DNA of 64,000 nt, taken from contig JBMNRW010000004.1 in the NCBI GenBank assembly GCA_050944875.1, positions 1,304-65,303 of the forward strand, read 5' to 3'. Origin of the DNA: Patescibacteria group bacterium (GTDB lineage Bacteria; Patescibacteriota; UBA1384; JACPKC01). Within the stretch, counting starts at the first letter, position 1. The number at the start of each line of letters is the position of its first letter. The translations under genes and the position numbers were made by a program. The notes under the pieces were generated by a model. That model made no database searches. It was not told the DNA's origin and saw only the letters and a list, made by a program, of their open reading frames with translations. Shown here piece by piece: positions 48,749 to 58,930 of the stretch.

Positions 48749-51367
48749 CTACTTCCCGTGGCACTTCTTGAACTTCTTGCCCGATCCACATGGACAGAGA
48801 TCGTTTCGGCCGACATGACCGTAGCCACTCGGTGCGACAACGCTCTGCATGGTTTCCGTCGTCGTCTTCCCACCCGATCGGACTGTCAACGTCACACCAC
48901 TTCCTGGCTCGCGTTGAGGCTGTGGCAGTGTATCGCGCACTTGGTCGAAACCGCCCGGGTTCGCTTCGCTCGGCCCCTGCAAGACTACCTGAGGTGACTG
49001 GACTGCTACCTCAGGCACAGCCTGTTTCACCTCGAGCCTGAGGAGCATCTCGACAACTTGGTTCTCGATCTCATCTTTGAGCGCCTGGAACAACCCGTAC
49101 GCCGTATCTTTGTACTCGACGAGCGGGTCCTTTTGCGCGTACCCGCGTAGTCCAATCCCGTCACGGAGGTGCTGCATTGTTGAGAGGTGCTCAACCCAGA
49201 GCGTGTCAATCGTACGGAGGTAGATGAGACGTTCGAGCTTGCGGAAGTTCACCTCACCGACCTCGCGAACTTTCGCGTCGAACGCCCCGTGCTCGTCCTC
49301 ATGGAGCAGGTCGCGGATTTCTTCGTGGAGCCACGTATCCTGTTCCGCATCGAGCTCGAGGATACGGTGCCGCTTCCGGTAGACAACTTCGCGCTGCGCG
49401 TTCATCACGTCGTCGTACTCGACGAGGTGCTTGCGAATGTCGAAGTTGTGGCCTTCGACGCGGCGCTGCGCCTGTTCAATGGAGTTCGAGACGATCTTGT
49501 GCTGGATCGGCTCGTCGTCAGGCAAGCCAAGGCGATCCATGACCGCTTTTAGTCGAGCGCCGCCGAAGATCCGCATGAGGTCGTCTTCCATTGAGATGTA
49601 GAACTGGGAGCTCCCCGGGTCACCTTGGCGGCCAGCGCGACCTCGGAGCTGGTTATCAATGCGTCGTGACTCGTGGCGCTCCGAGCCGATAACAGCCAGC
49701 CCACCCGCTTCAATTACCATCCGGTGCCGCTCCTCCCAAGCTGTGACATCGGCCTTCGTCGCGTCCGCTCCGGGTTTTCGTCCACCGAGGAGGATGTCGA
49801 CGCCGCGACCAGCCATATTCGTTGCAACGGTGACACGACCCGGCTCACCAGCAGCCTCGATAATCTTCGCCTCGCGCTCGTGCTGCTTGGCATTCAGTAC
49901 GTCGTGCGCAATCCCCTCTGCCTTAAGGAGCTTCGAGAGTTGTTCGGACTTCGCAATCGATGCCGTGCCGACGAGCACCGGTCGGCCGGCGTCACGGAGT
50001 CGGCGAACCTCCGCAGCAATCGCCCGGAACTTCGCGGCCTCAGTTTTGTAGATAACATCAGCGTGATCGACGCGAACAACTGGGCGGTGCGTCGGAATGG
50101 CGAGTACCTCGAGGTTGTAGATCTTCGCGAACTCCTCCGCTTCGGTCTCTGCTGTCCCGGTCATGCCGGCGAGCTTGCTATACATCCGGAAGAGGTTCTG
50201 GAAGGTGATCGTGGCCAGTGTCTTTGACTCCTGCTTAACGGGAACTCCCTCTTTCGCCTCAATTGCCTGGTGGAGTCCCTCGGAGTACCGTCGGCCAACC
50301 ATGAGCCTGCCGGTGAACTCGTCGACGATGACGACTTCGTCGTCGCGGACCACGTAGTCGCGGTCACGCTTGAACAGCGCTTTTGCCTTCAGCGCTTCCT
50401 CCAGGTGGTGGACGTACTGGACCGTGTTCGGGTCGTAGATGTTCTCGACGCCGAGCGCACGCTCCATCTTTGCCACTCCCTCGTCGGTCAAGCCAACGTG
50501 GCGCTCCTTCTCGTTTACCGTGTAGTCTTCGTCTTCACGGAGTTTACTCACGAACGCTGAGAACTTCGCGTAGAGCTCACCCGACTCCTCTGCGGCGCCA
50601 GAGATGATGAGTGGCGTCCGGGCTTCGTCAATGAGAATCGAATCGACCTCGTCGACGATCGCATAGTGGAGTGGGCGCTGCACCAGCTGCTCTGGTGTGA
50701 GCGCCATGTTGTCCCGAAGGTAATCGAAGCCGATTTCATTGTTCGTGCCATAGGTAATGTCGGCGGCGTACGCTGCCCGACGCGAAATCGGCACTAAGGT
50801 AGGCCAGTCTTCGTGGAGCGTAGCGCGGAGTTCGTCCGACTGCTCAGCGATCGGGACGTACTGCCAGCTCTGTCCTTGCTGGCCCATCGCTGCCGCCGTA
50901 AGGCCGAGCGCCGAGTAGATCGGGCCCATCCAAGTGAGTCCGACCTTTGCCAGGTACTCGTTCGGCGTGACGAGATGCGCGCCGCAACCAGCGAGCGCGT
51001 TCAAGACGAGCGGGAGCGTGGCGACGAGCGTCTTCCCCTCGCCCGTACGCATCTCCGCGATCATGCCACGGTGCAAGACGATACCACCGATGAGCTGCTC
51101 ATCGAAGTGACGCATGCCGAGCTGGCGTTGGGATACTTCTCTCACGATCGCAAATACTTCAGGCAGCAGCTCGTCGAGAAGCTGTGCTCGCCTCGGTTCG
51201 TCCGTCGACTGCACGCGCGCCTTGAGCGTACCGAAGCGACTACGAAGCGCGGCGTCATCAAGCGCTTCTAACTCCTGACCGATGGTTCCAATTTGGGCGA
51301 TCGTCGTGGAAAACTTTTGGATTTCCCGAGCATTCGGGTCGCCGAACAACCGAGTGAGAAAGCTCAT
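48749..51367 (-). CDS. secA: Preprotein translocase ATPase SecA
   Basis: 872 aa; MRTGEGKTLVATLP Walker A, DEAD-like and helical scaffold, C-terminal zinc finger CPCGSGKKFKKCHGK. Confidence 0.96.
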   Translation of the reverse strand: MSFLTRLFGDPNAREIQKFSTTIAQIGTIGQELEALDDAALRSRFGTLKARVQSTDEPRRAQLLDELLPEVFAIVREVSQRQLGMRHFDEQLIGGIVLHRGMIAEMRTGEGKTLVATLPLVLNALAGCGAHLVTPNEYLAKVGLTWMGPIYSALGLTAAAMGQQGQSWQYVPIAEQSDELRATLHEDWPTLVPISRRAAYAADITYGTNNEIGFDYLRDNMALTPEQLVQRPLHYAIVDEVDSILIDEARTPLIISGAAEESGELYAKFSAFVSKLREDEDYTVNEKERHVGLTDEGVAKMERALGVENIYDPNTVQYVHHLEEALKAKALFKRDRDYVVRDDEVVIVDEFTGRLMVGRRYSEGLHQAIEAKEGVPVKQESKTLATITFQNLFRMYSKLAGMTGTAETEAEEFAKIYNLEVLAIPTHRPVVRVDHADVIYKTEAAKFRAIAAEVRRLRDAGRPVLVGTASIAKSEQLSKLLKAEGIAHDVLNAKQHEREAKIIEAAGEPGRVTVATNMAGRGVDILLGGRKPGADATKADVTAWEERHRMVIEAGGLAVIGSERHESRRIDNQLRGRAGRQGDPGSSQFYISMEDDLMRIFGGARLKAVMDRLGLPDDEPIQHKIVSNSIEQAQRRVEGHNFDIRKHLVEYDDVMNAQREVVYRKRHRILELDAEQDTWLHEEIRDLLHEDEHGAFDAKVREVGEVNFRKLERLIYLRTIDTLWVEHLSTMQHLRDGIGLRGYAQKDPLVEYKDTAYGLFQALKDEIENQVVEMLLRLEVKQAVPEVAVQSPQVVLQGPSEANPGGFDQVRDTLPQPQREPGSGVTLTVRSGGKTTTETMQSVVAPSGYGHVGRNDLCPCGSGKKFKKCHGK

Positions 51368-51395
51368 GCGCACCTTTCGCTAGTAGAGACGTATA

Positions 51396-52104
51396 CTACG
51401 CAGCGCCATCAGTCCTGTCCAGGTGTACTTTGCCCAACTGCCACTCAGCGCTGCCGCATTCGTGGACAGCTTCGACGTGTTCGCAACTCCCATCATCAAT
51501 CTGAGAAGGAGCGTCAATGAGCTGATCCATGATCATGGCGTTCTCTGAGAGTCGGTCAAGAACGTACTGCTGGCGCCCATTGAGCACATCAGTCGCAGAT
51601 ACATCGCCTACTCGGAGCTGCTGCGTGCGCTCGACGCGCACCCCGTTACTCACTGTCCCCCGATCAACCGTGACGACGTAGTTCGACTGCATCCAGTTCG
51701 GGTTACGGATCCCGTAGCGAATTGACGTACTCACCGTGATACGCAGCCAAGAGAGCTGGCCAGAGGCATTGTGTCCGTGGGAGATGCACAGTCCCGTATG
51801 CGCCCGGCTCCGGCCGAGTCCACATCCCTGCTCCGTCCAGTCTGCCTCCGACTTACAGTCGCTCTCGAACGATGGGTCTGGCAAATGGATGTACGTCAGC
51901 GTACCGTCACGCCAATCGGTCGCCCAACTCGGCCGACGAGCTAACTGACTATGGTTGTACGACACTTCACTGTTCACCGCACCGAGCTCAAAGAGCGCGT
52001 CGAGGAAGCCATCGCATTGCGTGAGGAATGCTCGCACGCGCTCTCGCTGGACAGGCGACCACTCCCCCCCGTTTCCGCCCGTAGGGACGGAGGTGTTCCA
52101 TACC
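51396..52104 (-). CDS. Hypothetical protein, start unresolved (no in-frame ATG between the hpf stop and the first internal Met; GTG/TTG start or pseudogene)
   Basis: Open frame of ORF 51396..52217 fills the hpf-secA gap; the N-terminal part of the ORF overlaps hpf. Confidence 0.3.
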
Positions 52105-52521
52105 TTACTGCGATGGCCGACGACGGGGGAAGCGAAGGAGGCGCTTCGGGGCGGACAGCAAGGCAGAAATCCTGGCCGCAATACGCTCCTTCCGCTCAGC
52201 ACTTCGTGACCGCTCAATCAGTCGGTCGTGACGTTTGCGCAAGTATCGCTCCGCCTTATCGTAGAGGCGGTCGAGCGCCGTTCGAAAATCTTCTGCGGCG
52301 ACCTCAACATGGAAGGTCGTCGCTTCGTATGGGATAGCAACGGCAACGTGCGCGTAGTGTGTCCTCCCCTTACGGGCGCGGTGCACATGGTCAAGCCGGA
52401 GGTCGACGTGCGACGCGGCCGGTAGGTACCGCTCCAACTTCTGGAACTGTCGGAGCGCAGCCTCTTGGACTGACCGGTTTACCCTGTGCTGCTTATCGAG
52501 GATGCGGAGCTCAAGTTTCAT
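52105..52521 (-). CDS. hpf: Ribosome hibernation promoting factor / RaiA-family protein
   Basis: MKLELRILDKQHRVNRSVQEAALRQFQKLERYLPAASHVDLRL...YAHVAVAIPYEATTFHVEVAAEDFRTALDRLYDKAERYLRK. Confidence 0.75.
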   Translation of the reverse strand: MKLELRILDKQHRVNRSVQEAALRQFQKLERYLPAASHVDLRLDHVHRARKGRTHYAHVAVAIPYEATTFHVEVAAEDFRTALDRLYDKAERYLRKRHDRLIERSRSAERKERIAARISALLSAPKRLLRFPRRRPSQ

Positions 52522-52542
52522 GACCACCTCCTCGTGGTGCAA

Positions 52543-53820
52543 TTAGTGGGTTGATATTCGAGGTATGAGCACGTCGCGGCCAACGAAACGCTGGAGTAGC
52601 GCAGGTACCCGCACTGAGCCATCAGCCTGCTGGTAATTCTCGAGGAGCGCAATGAGGATCCGCGGAGACGCCACCACCGTATTGTTGAGCGTGTACACGT
52701 ACTGCTTCTCACCGGCACCGTCGACATACCTTATGCCGAGGCGACGCGCCTGCCAGTCACCGAGCATGGAACACGAATGCGTCTCGCCGTACCCATTTCT
52801 GCTCGGCATCCACGTCTCAATATCGTACTGGCGGACTTTGCCCGGTCCCATGTCGCCGGTAGCCAAATCAAGTACCCGGTACGGCAACTCAAGATCGGAG
52901 AGTAGCTGCTCAGCGACGCCGAGGAGCTCGTCGAAGCAGCGCTGCTGCTCGGCGTCATCCGCGGCGCACAGGACGACCTGCTCGACTTTCAGGAATTCGT
53001 GGATTCGGTAGAGCCCCCGGCTGTCCTTGCCGTAGCTCCCGATCTCACTGCGGTAGCACGGTGAGATTCCACAAAGCTTCACCGGGAGCTGTACAGCTCG
53101 AAGTGTCTGGTCGGCGTGGTACGCCAGTAAGGACGGCTCAGCCGTGCCGACGAGGTACTCCGCCTCCTTCTCACTCTCACCGCTCAACCTGGCGGCGTTT
53201 CCCACTTGGTACGTCTCGGCGCGAGCAGCGGGGAACTGCCCCGAGCCGATGAGCGCTGCCTCTTTGACCTTAGTCGGCGGAACCATGAGCGTGAATCCGC
53301 GGTCACGCATGCCCTCGAGCGCCAGCTGCATAAGTCCATAATGCAGGAGGACCGCCTCGTTCTTCAGGTAATACCCCCGGAATCCCGACACCTTCGCCCC
53401 CTGCTCCAAATCAAGGAGGTCAAGCGCTGTGCCGAGCGCAATGTGGTCCTTGTGTGGGAAGTCAAACCGTGTGGGCTCACCTACTCGCTTGATTTCTCGA
53501 TTCAACTCTTCGCCGCCAACCGGAGCATCGGGCGAGGGGAGTTGCGGCACCTTGAGCATGAGCTCATCGAACTCTGCTTGAGCCACTGCAAGCTTCGGCT
53601 CAAGGTCCGCAAGCTCAGCCTTCAGTACCGGACCTCGCGTTCTCGCTTCGTCAATGGCGAGCCGATTGCGCTCGGCAAGGAGATTGTCGCGCTGCGTCAC
53701 GAGTGATCGCCGCAGATCATCAAGCTCCAGGAGGTGCTGGACATCGAGATCGATCCGTTTCTTTACAACTGCATCAGCGACACGTTCGCGGTGCTCGCGA
53801 ATAAACTGGATGTCAAGCAT
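52543..53820 (-). CDS. serS: Seryl-tRNA synthetase
   Basis: N-terminal coiled coil, class II motifs (…FRSEIGSYGKDSRGLYRIHEF…, GTAEPSLLAY…). Confidence 0.93.
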   Translation of the reverse strand: MLDIQFIREHRERVADAVVKKRIDLDVQHLLELDDLRRSLVTQRDNLLAERNRLAIDEARTRGPVLKAELADLEPKLAVAQAEFDELMLKVPQLPSPDAPVGGEELNREIKRVGEPTRFDFPHKDHIALGTALDLLDLEQGAKVSGFRGYYLKNEAVLLHYGLMQLALEGMRDRGFTLMVPPTKVKEAALIGSGQFPAARAETYQVGNAARLSGESEKEAEYLVGTAEPSLLAYHADQTLRAVQLPVKLCGISPCYRSEIGSYGKDSRGLYRIHEFLKVEQVVLCAADDAEQQRCFDELLGVAEQLLSDLELPYRVLDLATGDMGPGKVRQYDIETWMPSRNGYGETHSCSMLGDWQARRLGIRYVDGAGEKQYVYTLNNTVVASPRILIALLENYQQADGSVRVPALLQRFVGRDVLIPRISTH

Positions 53821-55195
53821 AGGTAACCTCACTACCATTATCCTGGCGAGGCTTCATGTACGGGAATAGCATCGCCTCACGGAGCGACTCAGCGCCAGTC
53901 AGTACGGTCACGAGGCGGTCGATCCCCACGCCGAGCCCAGCGGCTGGCGGCATACCGTACTCCAATGCCTCGATGAAATCGGTATCGATGCGCTGCGCCT
54001 CGTCATTACCCGTTGCTCGTTCACGCTCTTGCTCGAGGAACCGTTCGCGCTGCTCTTCGTGATCATTGAGCTCAGAGTAGCCCTTTGCGAGCTCAACACC
54101 CGTAATGACGAGCTGGAACGACTCGACGACAGTAGGATCCGTGGCACTGCGCTTCGCGAGCGGAATGAGTTCTGCTGGGTGATTTGTCACGAACGTTGGC
54201 TGAATAATCTGCTTAACCCCCGACTTGAACGCTGCGTCGTCGCGGCCCCCGCCACTCACCTCGAGGAACGTCCGACGTGCGAAGGGCTGCGCAAAGTCGA
54301 TGGTGTGGCCAGCAATGGTGAGCGTCTCTGTGCCAAACGCCTCATTCACGACGCGTCGGATAAGCACCTCGAGGGACTGCATCATATCCTCGTAATCCCA
54401 GTACGCCGCATAGACCTCAATCTGGGTGAACTCTGGGTTGTGTGTCTGATCAGCCCCCTCGTTGCGGAAACACCGAGCAAACTCGAAGACCCGCTCAAAC
54501 CCACCGACGAGCAGTCGCTTCAGGTAGAGTTCGGGCGCGATCCGGAGATACACATCCGCGTCGTACGCGTGGTAGTGCGTCGTGAATGGCCGAGCAGACG
54601 CCCCACCTGGAATCGGCTGGAGGATCGGCGTATCAACCTCGAGGAAGCCGTGCTCGACGTAGTAGGCCCGGATCGCTTGGATAATCGCGCTGCGCTGACG
54701 GAACCGTTCAGCTACCTCATGGTTACTCAGTAGGTCCAGGTAGCGACGACGGAACCGCTCTTCGACGTTCTCCAGCTCTTGCCAGGATCGAGGAAGTGGT
54801 CGGATCGCCTTGGCTAACACGCGATAGTCGCGCACAAAGACCGTCGGCTCGCCAGACTTTGTCTCGCTGACTGTCCCGGTTGCAACGACGAAGTCGCCGG
54901 GATCAAGCAGTTTAAGTGTCGCGAACGACGTCTCGCCGAGTACGTCAGCCTTCCAGTAGACCTGCATCGTGCCGCTCTCGTCGGCGAGGTCGCCAAACAC
55001 AGACTTCCCGTGTTCCCGCAGAGATGTTAAGCGGCCGGCAACCGTGACCTCACGCTCCCGTTCCACTCGCGCAGCAGCGATTGTCGCCGACCGACCCGTG
55101 GTGGCAGGAAAAGGTGTCGAACCAAGCGCGCGCAACGCTGCGAGCTTCTCGCGCCGGTCGTTCAACATGTGGTCGAGTCGGGTACCTTCGCTCAT
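53813..55195 (-). CDS. lysS: Lysyl-tRNA synthetase (class II)
   Basis: OB-fold anticodon-binding N-domain, FLEVDTPILQ, ...FRNEGADQTHNPEFTQIE..., GLGVGIDRLV. Confidence 0.93.
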   Translation of the reverse strand: MSEGTRLDHMLNDRREKLAALRALGSTPFPATTGRSATIAAARVEREREVTVAGRLTSLREHGKSVFGDLADESGTMQVYWKADVLGETSFATLKLLDPGDFVVATGTVSETKSGEPTVFVRDYRVLAKAIRPLPRSWQELENVEERFRRRYLDLLSNHEVAERFRQRSAIIQAIRAYYVEHGFLEVDTPILQPIPGGASARPFTTHYHAYDADVYLRIAPELYLKRLLVGGFERVFEFARCFRNEGADQTHNPEFTQIEVYAAYWDYEDMMQSLEVLIRRVVNEAFGTETLTIAGHTIDFAQPFARRTFLEVSGGGRDDAAFKSGVKQIIQPTFVTNHPAELIPLAKRSATDPTVVESFQLVITGVELAKGYSELNDHEEQRERFLEQERERATGNDEAQRIDTDFIEALEYGMPPAAGLGVGIDRLVTVLTGAESLREAMLFPYMKPRQDNGSEVTYA

Positions 55196-55278
55196 TACAG
55201 GAGTAATCGTACCACAACACCGGGAGAGACAACAACGGAGGCGAGCAGTACGCTCGCCTCCGTGTCTGTGAGTACTAC

Positions 55279-55740
55279 TTACGCAACCTTGGTAATTGTG
55301 TAACTCGTCGTACCAGTCGGCGTTCGCACCTCGACGGTATCACCAGACGCGTGATTGAGGAGCGCCTTCCCAACAGGTGACTCGGCCGAGAGCTTCCCCT
55401 GGAGCGGATCGCCCTCATTCGCCCCAACAAGCTCGTACACCGTCGTTTTGCCCTTCGACTCAACGGTGACGGTCGAACCGATTTGCACTACGGCTGACCC
55501 TGCTTTCGGCGCCACAACTTCCGCGTGCCGGAGCATCGCCTCGAGCTCCCCAATTCGACCTTCGATGAACGCGAACTGCTCGCGGGCGTCTTGGTAGTCT
55601 GCGTTCTCCGAGAGATCCCCGAGCTCACGAGCTGCCGCCATCCGCTTCACGGTCTCTGGACGGTCTGCAGCCCTGAGCTTCTCGAGCTCCGCTTCGATCT
55701 TCTTCAAGCCCTCTTCAGTCACTTGGTGCTTCTGCGCCAT
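55279..55740 (-). CDS. greA: Transcription elongation factor GreA
   Basis: AARELGDLSENADYQDAREQ coiled-coil tip; C-terminal FKBP-like domain. Confidence 0.9.
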   Translation of the reverse strand: MAQKHQVTEEGLKKIEAELEKLRAADRPETVKRMAAARELGDLSENADYQDAREQFAFIEGRIGELEAMLRHAEVVAPKAGSAVVQIGSTVTVESKGKTTVYELVGANEGDPLQGKLSAESPVGKALLNHASGDTVEVRTPTGTTSYTITKVA

Positions 55741-55816
55741 AAGATCCTTTCGCGATTCACCCCTCGATTAAGAGGTGAGTATACGGACGCCTATCTTCGG
55801 GGTCAAGACGGAGAAA

Positions 55817-57676
55817 CTACTGGCGCAGCTCAGCAGGACGAGAGAAGTACCACTGCAGCACCTCCTCAGCGACTGGGACAGCGATCTCATTCCCTGCTCC
55901 ACTCCCTTCGAGCAAGACGGTCATTACCACCTCGGGCGACTCATACGGCGCAAAGCCCGTCCACCAGGCGTGCGTTTTCCCCTCAGCACCGAACTGCGCT
56001 GTCCCAGTCTTGCCGGCGCTCGTCACCGGGAGCGACTGCAAACGACGGGACGATCCGGTCAGCACCCCTTCGCGCATTCCTTCCCGCACCAGGTCGAGCG
56101 CTTCGCTCTTTACGTCGACCGGTGGAAGCTCAGCAGTCGCCCTACCTGCCACGAGCGTCGGTGTAACTGCTCGTCCGCGGTTCGCCACGGTTACGATAGA
56201 CTGGGCGATCTGGAGCGGCGTAACGAGGAAGTCGCCTTGGCCAATCGAGAGGTGGTACGTGTCGCCGAGATACCAAGGTTCTTTCTTCACCTCCTGCTTC
56301 CACTTCGGCGTGGGAACGAGTCCCCGTACCTCTCCGGGAAGGTCAATCCCCGTCCGCTCCCCGAATCCGAAGAGCTGGAGGTAGTGAATGAGGCGCTCGG
56401 CTCCGAGCCCACGGATGTGCTCCCAGCCGCCGCCAATCGCGTAAAAGAACACGTTGGACGATACCGCGATCGCCTTCTTCACGTCCGTGAGACCATGTAC
56501 CTTCCAGTCTGGGAAAACGAAGTCGCCAATTCGGATCTCACCCGGTGCCTGGATCGTCGTACTCCGAGTAATGACGTCGTCGTTTAGCGCCCCTGCAGCA
56601 ACAATTGGCTTCACCACTGAGCCAGACGGATACGTGCCGCCAATAACGCGGTTCGTGAACAGCGATCGTTCGTCACGGAGGAGCTCCTCGTACCGCTCGC
56701 GGCTCATCGGTGCCGTAAACTCATTCGCGGGGAAATCAGGCAGACTGACGAGCGCCAAGACCTCGCCAGTACTCGGTCGCTCGATGACTGCGGCACCGGC
56801 AGTTGACCCGAGCTCAGTAAGCTTCGCCGCAAGCACTTCGGCAAGTTTACGCTGGAGCGCTGCGTCGATCGTGAGCTTGAGGGTTTCACCTGGCATAGGC
56901 GGCTGGACGCCAATGACCCGCTGGAGGTAGCCGCGCGAATCCACTTCGAACTGCTCCACCCCGGGCGTACCGTACAGTACCGCTTCATACTGCTGCTCGA
57001 TGCCGGTGCGTCCTACCATGCTCGATGGAGCGTACGTATCGTTTTCCCGAAGCTCTGCTTCGTTCACTTTGCCGGTATACCCGAGAACATGCGAGAACCC
57101 TGCACCCTCTGGGTAGCGACGGCGGGCGCGATCGACAACGCGGACACTCGGTAAGTCGCGCACCTGCACCTTGTACAAGAGCGACTCCTCGTGCGAGAGG
57201 CCCGCCTTGAGAGCGATGGGTTCGAGCGAGAGGAGTCCGTTTGTCTCGACGCGAGCGACGATATCGGCCGACGAGAGGTTGACGAGCTCAGCAATCCGCG
57301 CGTAGGCAGCTTCCCGGTCCGCCTTCGCTCGCGGCAGGTCGGCAGGCGTAAGCTCAAGGACGAACTCGGGCGTGTTCGTCGCCAGCTCTTCACCGTACCG
57401 ATCAACGATCACACCTCGCGGCGGCAACAGCTCTCGGTTACGGATGCGATTCCCCTCGGCGAGCAGCTGATTGCTCGCGCCGTGCGTTACCTGGAGGGAG
57501 ATGAGTCGGTACCCAAGTACCCCAACCAGGACGAGGACGAGCGCAACAAAGGGAAAGAGTGAAACACGGGGCACCGATTCTTCAAGTACGGGTGCATCGT
57601 CACCCTCAGTCCACGTAAACGTTCGGTCCACGTGCTCGACCCTCCCCAGTGCCCCATCTGGTCCGAACAGCGACAT
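55817..57676 (-). CDS. mrdA: Penicillin-binding protein 2 (elongasome transpeptidase)
   Basis: N-terminal anchor, dimerisation domain, SGSVVKP (SxxK), SSN, KTGTAQ. Confidence 0.9.
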   Translation of the reverse strand: MSLFGPDGALGRVEHVDRTFTWTEGDDAPVLEESVPRVSLFPFVALVLVLVGVLGYRLISLQVTHGASNQLLAEGNRIRNRELLPPRGVIVDRYGEELATNTPEFVLELTPADLPRAKADREAAYARIAELVNLSSADIVARVETNGLLSLEPIALKAGLSHEESLLYKVQVRDLPSVRVVDRARRRYPEGAGFSHVLGYTGKVNEAELRENDTYAPSSMVGRTGIEQQYEAVLYGTPGVEQFEVDSRGYLQRVIGVQPPMPGETLKLTIDAALQRKLAEVLAAKLTELGSTAGAAVIERPSTGEVLALVSLPDFPANEFTAPMSRERYEELLRDERSLFTNRVIGGTYPSGSVVKPIVAAGALNDDVITRSTTIQAPGEIRIGDFVFPDWKVHGLTDVKKAIAVSSNVFFYAIGGGWEHIRGLGAERLIHYLQLFGFGERTGIDLPGEVRGLVPTPKWKQEVKKEPWYLGDTYHLSIGQGDFLVTPLQIAQSIVTVANRGRAVTPTLVAGRATAELPPVDVKSEALDLVREGMREGVLTGSSRRLQSLPVTSAGKTGTAQFGAEGKTHAWWTGFAPYESPEVVMTVLLEGSGAGNEIAVPVAEEVLQWYFSRPAELRQ

Positions 57677-57683
57677 CTCCCTC

Positions 57684-58151
57684 CTACAAGCGCAACCCGG
57701 CGCGCTTCGTACTCGTCGCGTGCGACACCGCTAGCACGGCGGGAAATACCAGAACTCCTGCAGCCACTGCGTCTCGAACCCACTGCCCCCACGCACTCAC
57801 ACGAAGAGCGATCACGGACTCCGCACACGCCACGAGTCCAGCCGCGAGCAACGCGTAGCCCCAGACTGGGACATCATGGATGACCCGCCGTAACGCGAGG
57901 ATGAGTCCGCCGTACCCGAAGAGCAGTGGTAGCGTCGTCATGCCGAAACGGACCGAGAGGAGGCCGTCCAGAACCAAGCCACCGGTTATGAGCCAGACAA
58001 GCCCGAGTTCGTACTTCTCGAGCATTGCAAAGACGATGAGCCCCGCGGCGATGAGGTGGGGTGTGCTGCCAAAAAACGGCCACGCTCCGAGTACCTGGAC
58101 CTGAATGGTAACTGTGGCAATCGCTAGGAGTGCGACGGCGAAGCGCACCAT
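57684..58151 (-). CDS. mreD: Rod shape-determining protein MreD
   Basis: 155 aa polytopic membrane protein between mreC and pbp2. Confidence 0.65.
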   Translation of the reverse strand: MVRFAVALLAIATVTIQVQVLGAWPFFGSTPHLIAAGLIVFAMLEKYELGLVWLITGGLVLDGLLSVRFGMTTLPLLFGYGGLILALRRVIHDVPVWGYALLAAGLVACAESVIALRVSAWGQWVRDAVAAGVLVFPAVLAVSHATSTKRAGLRL

Positions 58152-58927
58152 TACGGCGTCTCCTCGACCAATATGACCATGCGTTCAAGCATCCCGAATC
58201 GAATCGGACTCTGGACGACCGCCCGCTGCAAAATGTCAGAATCATCGGACGCGATCTCGCTCACAGTGCCCACTGGGATATCTGCTGGCACGATTCCCCC
58301 GAGCGCGCTCGTGAGCACCGCCTCACCGTGGAGCACCTTCACATCTGCCGGCAGGTCTCCGGCGACGATGCCCGCGAGGCCGCCTCGCAGAATACCCTGC
58401 GCCCGGGAGTCCGCGAGTACGACCGGTATAGCGGAAGACGCGTTGGAGAGCAGCGTCACTGTCGTCGTTCGTTCACCGACCTCGTTTGTCGTTCCAGCTA
58501 GGAATCCATCGACGAGGACCGCCAATCCGGGCCGCACCCCATCCTCCGCGCCAATGTCGAGCGTTAGCTCATCATGGAGCTTCGTTGGCGTCCTCAACAC
58601 CACGCGTCCTACCAGGAGCGTACCGCCATATGGCCGGGCAGCGTCGAACTGCTGCTTAGCCACCTCCTGCTGTCGCGCTTCCTCTCGGAGACGAAGTACC
58701 TCGCTCTCAAGCTCGCGATTCCTGGTCTCGAGCGAAATAACTGAACGGCGGAGATCCTGAATATCCCTCAGCGACCCAAAGAACCCCTTCGTCCGAACTG
58801 TCGCCGTCCCAACGCCCGCAGCCGTAGACTCTGTCGCCCGTAACCCATCCTTCAGCCAGAGCAGCCCGTCTGACCCGATCAGGAAGAGGATAACGACGAG
58901 GACGCCGAGCGCGTAGGCACGCCACAT
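58151..58927 (-). CDS. mreC: Rod shape-determining protein MreC
   Basis: TM anchor, coiled coil (LETRNRELESEVLRLREEARQQE), beta-rich C-domain. Confidence 0.85.
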   Translation of the reverse strand: MWRAYALGVLVVILFLIGSDGLLWLKDGLRATESTAAGVGTATVRTKGFFGSLRDIQDLRRSVISLETRNRELESEVLRLREEARQQEVAKQQFDAARPYGGTLLVGRVVLRTPTKLHDELTLDIGAEDGVRPGLAVLVDGFLAGTTNEVGERTTTVTLLSNASSAIPVVLADSRAQGILRGGLAGIVAGDLPADVKVLHGEAVLTSALGGIVPADIPVGTVSEIASDDSDILQRAVVQSPIRFGMLERMVILVEETP

Positions 58928-58930
58928 GGA

